Source: a virus
Length of the DNA stretch: 63,469 nt
Direction: 5' to 3' (one strand)
Virus record (IMG/VR): IMGVR_UViG_3300045988_132430
Span: 1 to 63,469 of that record
Position numbers and translations under genes: made by a program. Shown here piece by piece: positions 61,025 to 63,469 of the stretch (its first letter is position 1; each line of letters begins with the position of its first letter). The notes below the pieces were generated by a model. That model was given only the letters and a program-made list of their open reading frames with translations. It had not been told where the DNA came from and made no database searches.

Positions 61025-61270
61025 ATGAGTAACTTTGCAAATAACATACAAAACAAGGAACGACAATATCAGAAAGATAAAGCAAGAAGAGAAAAACTTG
61101 CTACGTACTTCTTTGATGTGTCTAAACTGTTTATCGGTGGATGGGTAATTGGTGTAGTATTACCATTACTATCTTCCGATGATATAACTTTATCAACATA
61201 TTTAATAATCTTAGCTGGCATATTAACTGCAATAACTTTAGCATTGATTGCCAACAAAATACTAAAGTAA
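61025..61270 (+). CDS. Small membrane protein (cassette family A, copy 1)
   Basis: REKLATYFFDVSKLFIGGWVIGVV... with two TM helices. It is a paralog of 61654-61860. Confidence 0.6.
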   Translation: MSNFANNIQNKERQYQKDKARREKLATYFFDVSKLFIGGWVIGVVLPLLSSDDITLSTYLIILAGILTAITLALIANKILK

Positions 61271-61271
61271 T

Positions 61272-61376
61272 ATGAACGCATTAGCATTTGGATTTACCCT
61301 ATCTGCAATCATCGCAATAGGATTTTACTTGTGGCTTTTCACAAAGAGTGGCAAGAAATGGTTACGCGAATTATAA
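61272..61376 (+). CDS. 34-aa single-TM peptide (cassette family B, copy 1)
   Basis: MNALAFGFTLSAIIAIGFYLWLFTKSGKKWLREL, starting 1 nt after the previous stop. Confidence 0.45.
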   Translation: MNALAFGFTLSAIIAIGFYLWLFTKSGKKWLREL

Positions 61377-61407
61377 TCAAGAATTAAAACCAATAACAAA
61401 CAACATT

Positions 61408-61638
61408 ATGGGAAACAGCATCACAATACAAAAAGACGGAATAGCAATTTCTGTTTCAGTTTTAGTATTCAGAGATAATGGCGTGTACATAGTATATTGC
61501 CCTTCGCTTGATTTGTCTGGATATGATAATACGGTAAGTGGTGCAACGGATAATTTCTCTTACGTTCTTAAAGAATGGATAAAGGAACAAACTGCAAATG
61601 GAACATTAGAAAAAGACCTAACTTCTCATGGATGGTAG
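61408..61638 (+). CDS. HicB-like (UPF0150-fold) small protein
   Basis: From the internal Met: MGNSITIQKDGIAISVSVLVFRDNGVYIVYCPSLDLSGYDNTVSGATDNF... Confidence 0.4.
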   Translation: MGNSITIQKDGIAISVSVLVFRDNGVYIVYCPSLDLSGYDNTVSGATDNFSYVLKEWIKEQTANGTLEKDLTSHGW

Positions 61639-61653
61639 GCGATAACAATTGAA

Positions 61654-61860
61654 ATGGATAAACAATCAAGAGAAAGATTAAACAAACTTGCAACGTATTT
61701 CTTAGACTTGTCGAAGCTTTGTTTTACTGGGCTTGTCATCGGAATAGTTGTAATTTTAGCAACGGAATATCAAAACATAATCATGTGGGCTATATTGCTT
61801 CTTGGTGCTTTATCTACAACACTATTTGCAATGATTGCAAACAGATTATTAAAACAATAA
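61654..61860 (+). CDS. Small membrane protein (cassette family A, copy 2)
   Basis: RERLNKLATYFLDLSKLCFTGLVIGIVV... Confidence 0.6.
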   Translation: MDKQSRERLNKLATYFLDLSKLCFTGLVIGIVVILATEYQNIIMWAILLLGALSTTLFAMIANRLLKQ

Positions 61861-61864
61861 TAGT

Positions 61865-61987
61865 ATGGAATATTTGGCAGCTTTATTTGCATTGACTTTT
61901 GTTTTTGCCCTTTCTTTCTATATATGGCTCGGGACAGATAAGGGTCGCAAATGGATGGTAGGTGATAACAATCACGTCAAGAATTAA
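61865..61987 (+). CDS. 40-aa single-TM peptide (cassette family B, copy 2)
   Basis: MEYLAALFALTFVFALSFYIWLGTDKGRKWMVGDNNHVKN. Confidence 0.45.
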   Translation: MEYLAALFALTFVFALSFYIWLGTDKGRKWMVGDNNHVKN

Positions 61988-61992
61988 CAAGT

Positions 61993-62036
61993 AAGGGATT
62001 ATGGGAAAATCAAAAGTCCCATAATCCCTTTTCTTA
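61993..62036. terminator. Bidirectional terminator between the moron block and the integrase
   Basis: 13-bp stem AAGGGATTATGGG/CCCATAATCCCTT followed by TTTCTT. Confidence 0.65.
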
Positions 62037-63272
62037 CTTATCCGAATTTACATAGTCAATCACAGCCCTCACAGCTTCATCAACCTTCTTTTGGTTTCGC
62101 CTTACATATATATCCGTCATAGGGTAAGGCGATTTATGCCCTAATGCCATATCTATAACTGCATCGGGAATGTCTATATCCGCTGCAATAGTTGCCCATG
62201 TATGACGTGCCCAATAGCTCGTTATTTCTGGAAAGTCAGCAATGTAATGCTTTGACTTATGTATTGCCCCGTTCTTCGCTTGCTTGTATTCGTAGAACAT
62301 TGTGCCAACCTTCTGTAAGTTTTCATTCATGCGATGCAAGAAGTCTTTATGATTTTTGTATTCTTCGCCAAAACGCAACATACGTTCTTTGCCTTCGTAT
62401 TTCTTTATTAACTGCAATGCTTCTTGTGGCACATTTAGCTGACATAGTATGCCCGTTTTGCTGCGTCTATATTCTATGCGCCCACCTTCAAGTTTGGGTA
62501 ACTGCAAAAGGTCTATCATGTTAATACCAGCAAGGTAGAACGATATGAAGAACACGTCTATATATTTACGTATGTGCGCCTCGCCTGAATAATCCCGAAG
62601 CCTACGCAACTCGTCAACATTCAAAGAACGTTTTGCTGTTTGCTCTGTCTTTATACGAAACTGACGAAATGGGTAGTTTTCTTGACTAATTAAACCTTCT
62701 CGAATAGCTTCATTGTAGACTGCTCTTAGGTTGCGCAAGTGTATGGAACGTGTATTAACTGCATTACCACGCTGCTCCATCCACGCTTCCAAATCTCGTA
62801 GCCATGTGTAGGTAATATCAGCGAAGCGTAGATTGTCCACATCGCAATATTTTCCGAGCATGGATAACGTAGTTTTATAAACCTCGGCTGTTTTAGGCTT
62901 ATCTTTTCTATCTATAAATTTAGACCAATATTCAGCTACAAGTGTTTTGTCTTTAACCTCCTTCTTCCTTTCTAAAGAATCTGGAGCGATTAAGGCGACA
63001 AGTTCCTTGCCCGTCATCATTCTAACGTTATGCGTTGCACAGATTGAAGCTAACTTTAGTTTGAGCGATGAAAGTGTAAGGTCAAGCAACTTGTTTAACT
63101 GCTTGTCTTGTGTTGTTCCAACGATTTTTCCATCATGCCAATTTTCCTTTTTGATGATGATGTCAGTTGGGATGTAAGCTACGGTATTTTTTGAACGAAC
63201 ACAAATTCGGATTCTATATGTTTCCGTCTTTGTTTTCTTTCTACTATCTAAATATGCTGTTATTGTTGCCAT
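62034..63272 (-). CDS. int: Tyrosine recombinase/integrase of the prophage
   Basis: 412 aa. The N-terminus reads MATITAYLDSRKKTKTETYRIRI (arm-binding-like). The C-terminus carries ARHTW...LGHKS...MTDIY. It is adjacent to attR. Confidence 0.9.
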   Translation of the reverse strand: MATITAYLDSRKKTKTETYRIRICVRSKNTVAYIPTDIIIKKENWHDGKIVGTTQDKQLNKLLDLTLSSLKLKLASICATHNVRMMTGKELVALIAPDSLERKKEVKDKTLVAEYWSKFIDRKDKPKTAEVYKTTLSMLGKYCDVDNLRFADITYTWLRDLEAWMEQRGNAVNTRSIHLRNLRAVYNEAIREGLISQENYPFRQFRIKTEQTAKRSLNVDELRRLRDYSGEAHIRKYIDVFFISFYLAGINMIDLLQLPKLEGGRIEYRRSKTGILCQLNVPQEALQLIKKYEGKERMLRFGEEYKNHKDFLHRMNENLQKVGTMFYEYKQAKNGAIHKSKHYIADFPEITSYWARHTWATIAADIDIPDAVIDMALGHKSPYPMTDIYVRRNQKKVDEAVRAVIDYVNSDK

Positions 63273-63371
63273 AATCTCACGTTTTTCTCACGGATTTCGT
63301 GGCAAAAATAGCCATTTATTTGCAGAATGTGGCAATATAAGGCATAGATTTTAGCATATAAAGCAAAAGAA

Positions 63372-63417
63372 AAACCACTGATTTACTTGCTAATTGCTTG
63401 TAAATCAGTGGTTTTTA
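63372..63417 (-). terminator. Phage-supplied terminator for the reconstituted tRNA-Pro gene
   Basis: 16-bp stem AAAACCACTGATTTAC/GTAAATCAGTGGTTTT immediately 3' of the tRNA end, followed by a T-run on the minus strand. Confidence 0.65.
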
Positions 63418-63420
63418 AGC

Positions 63421-63469
63421 TTGTCGGGGCGACGGGATTCGAACCCACGACCCCCTGCTCCCAAAGCAG
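63421..63469 (-). tRNA. tRNA-Pro(UGG), 3' 49 nt only (the gene continues past the window edge); attR core
   Basis: Same sequence as 1-49: anticodon loop TTTGGGA, T-loop TTCGAAT, acceptor CGCCCCG plus A. Confidence 0.8.

Larger units (their letters stand above)
1..63469. mobile_element. Integrated temperate siphovirus-like prophage (~63.4 kb) filling the window, inserted in a tRNA-Pro gene
   Basis: Identical 49-bp direct repeats at both window ends. Integrase lies beside the right repeat. Repressor, recombination/replication, terminase-portal-capsid-tail and lysis modules are present. Confidence 0.9.

Noticed and set aside
60694-61056. A 120-aa minus-strand ORF.
   Set aside because: It is antisense to the HigA-like HTH gene, and no motif was recognised.

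Overview
The window is one complete integrated temperate siphovirus-like prophage of about 63.4 kb. It is bounded by identical 49-bp direct repeats (1-49 and 63421-63469) that are the 3' part of a tRNA-Pro(UGG) gene. Recurrent TAnnTTTG promoter boxes and the integrase type suggest a Bacteroidota host; this is inference, since no database search was possible. Nearly all genes run on the minus strand. From right to left they are: integrase (62.0-63.3 kb); a plus-strand lysogeny and moron block (58.8-62.0 kb) with a cI-like repressor, a frameshifted HigB-like toxin with HigA, and duplicated small membrane-protein cassettes; an early region (43-58.6 kb) with RecT and a YqaJ exonuclease, a DnaD-like replication protein, SSB, MazG, a divergent dUTPase and many unknown ORFs; a late operon that opens with a candidate DNA-modification cluster (37.5-42.9 kb: DUF1064, DUF4417, ParB-like, a helical 225-aa protein, P-loop kinase, GNAT, radical SAM); then TerS, TerL, portal, a MuF polyvalent protein, scaffold, capsid, connectors and major tail protein; then tape measure, Dit, Tal and fiber; a lysis cassette; and four unknown terminal genes. 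Three observations stand out. (1) An 8.4-kb element (14742-23131) has its own integrase, an excisionase-like protein, a Rep-like protein with iterons, and regulators, but no virion genes. It is nested inside the prophage, flanked by a 13-bp direct repeat, and sits exactly in the tail assembly chaperone G/GT frameshift region. Excising it in silico restores the chaperone ORF and its -1 frame. (2) A plus-strand gene island (28.7-31.8 kb) is embedded in the head-morphogenesis operon. It is driven by a perfect 79-bp inverted copy of the promoter/operator region of the immunity switch at 58.8 kb. (3) The kinase, helical-protein, GNAT and radical-SAM cluster resembles phage thymidine-hypermodification pathways, but no hydroxymethylase is visible. 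All domain calls rest on motifs read by eye and on synteny; none was verified by an HMM or BLAST search.
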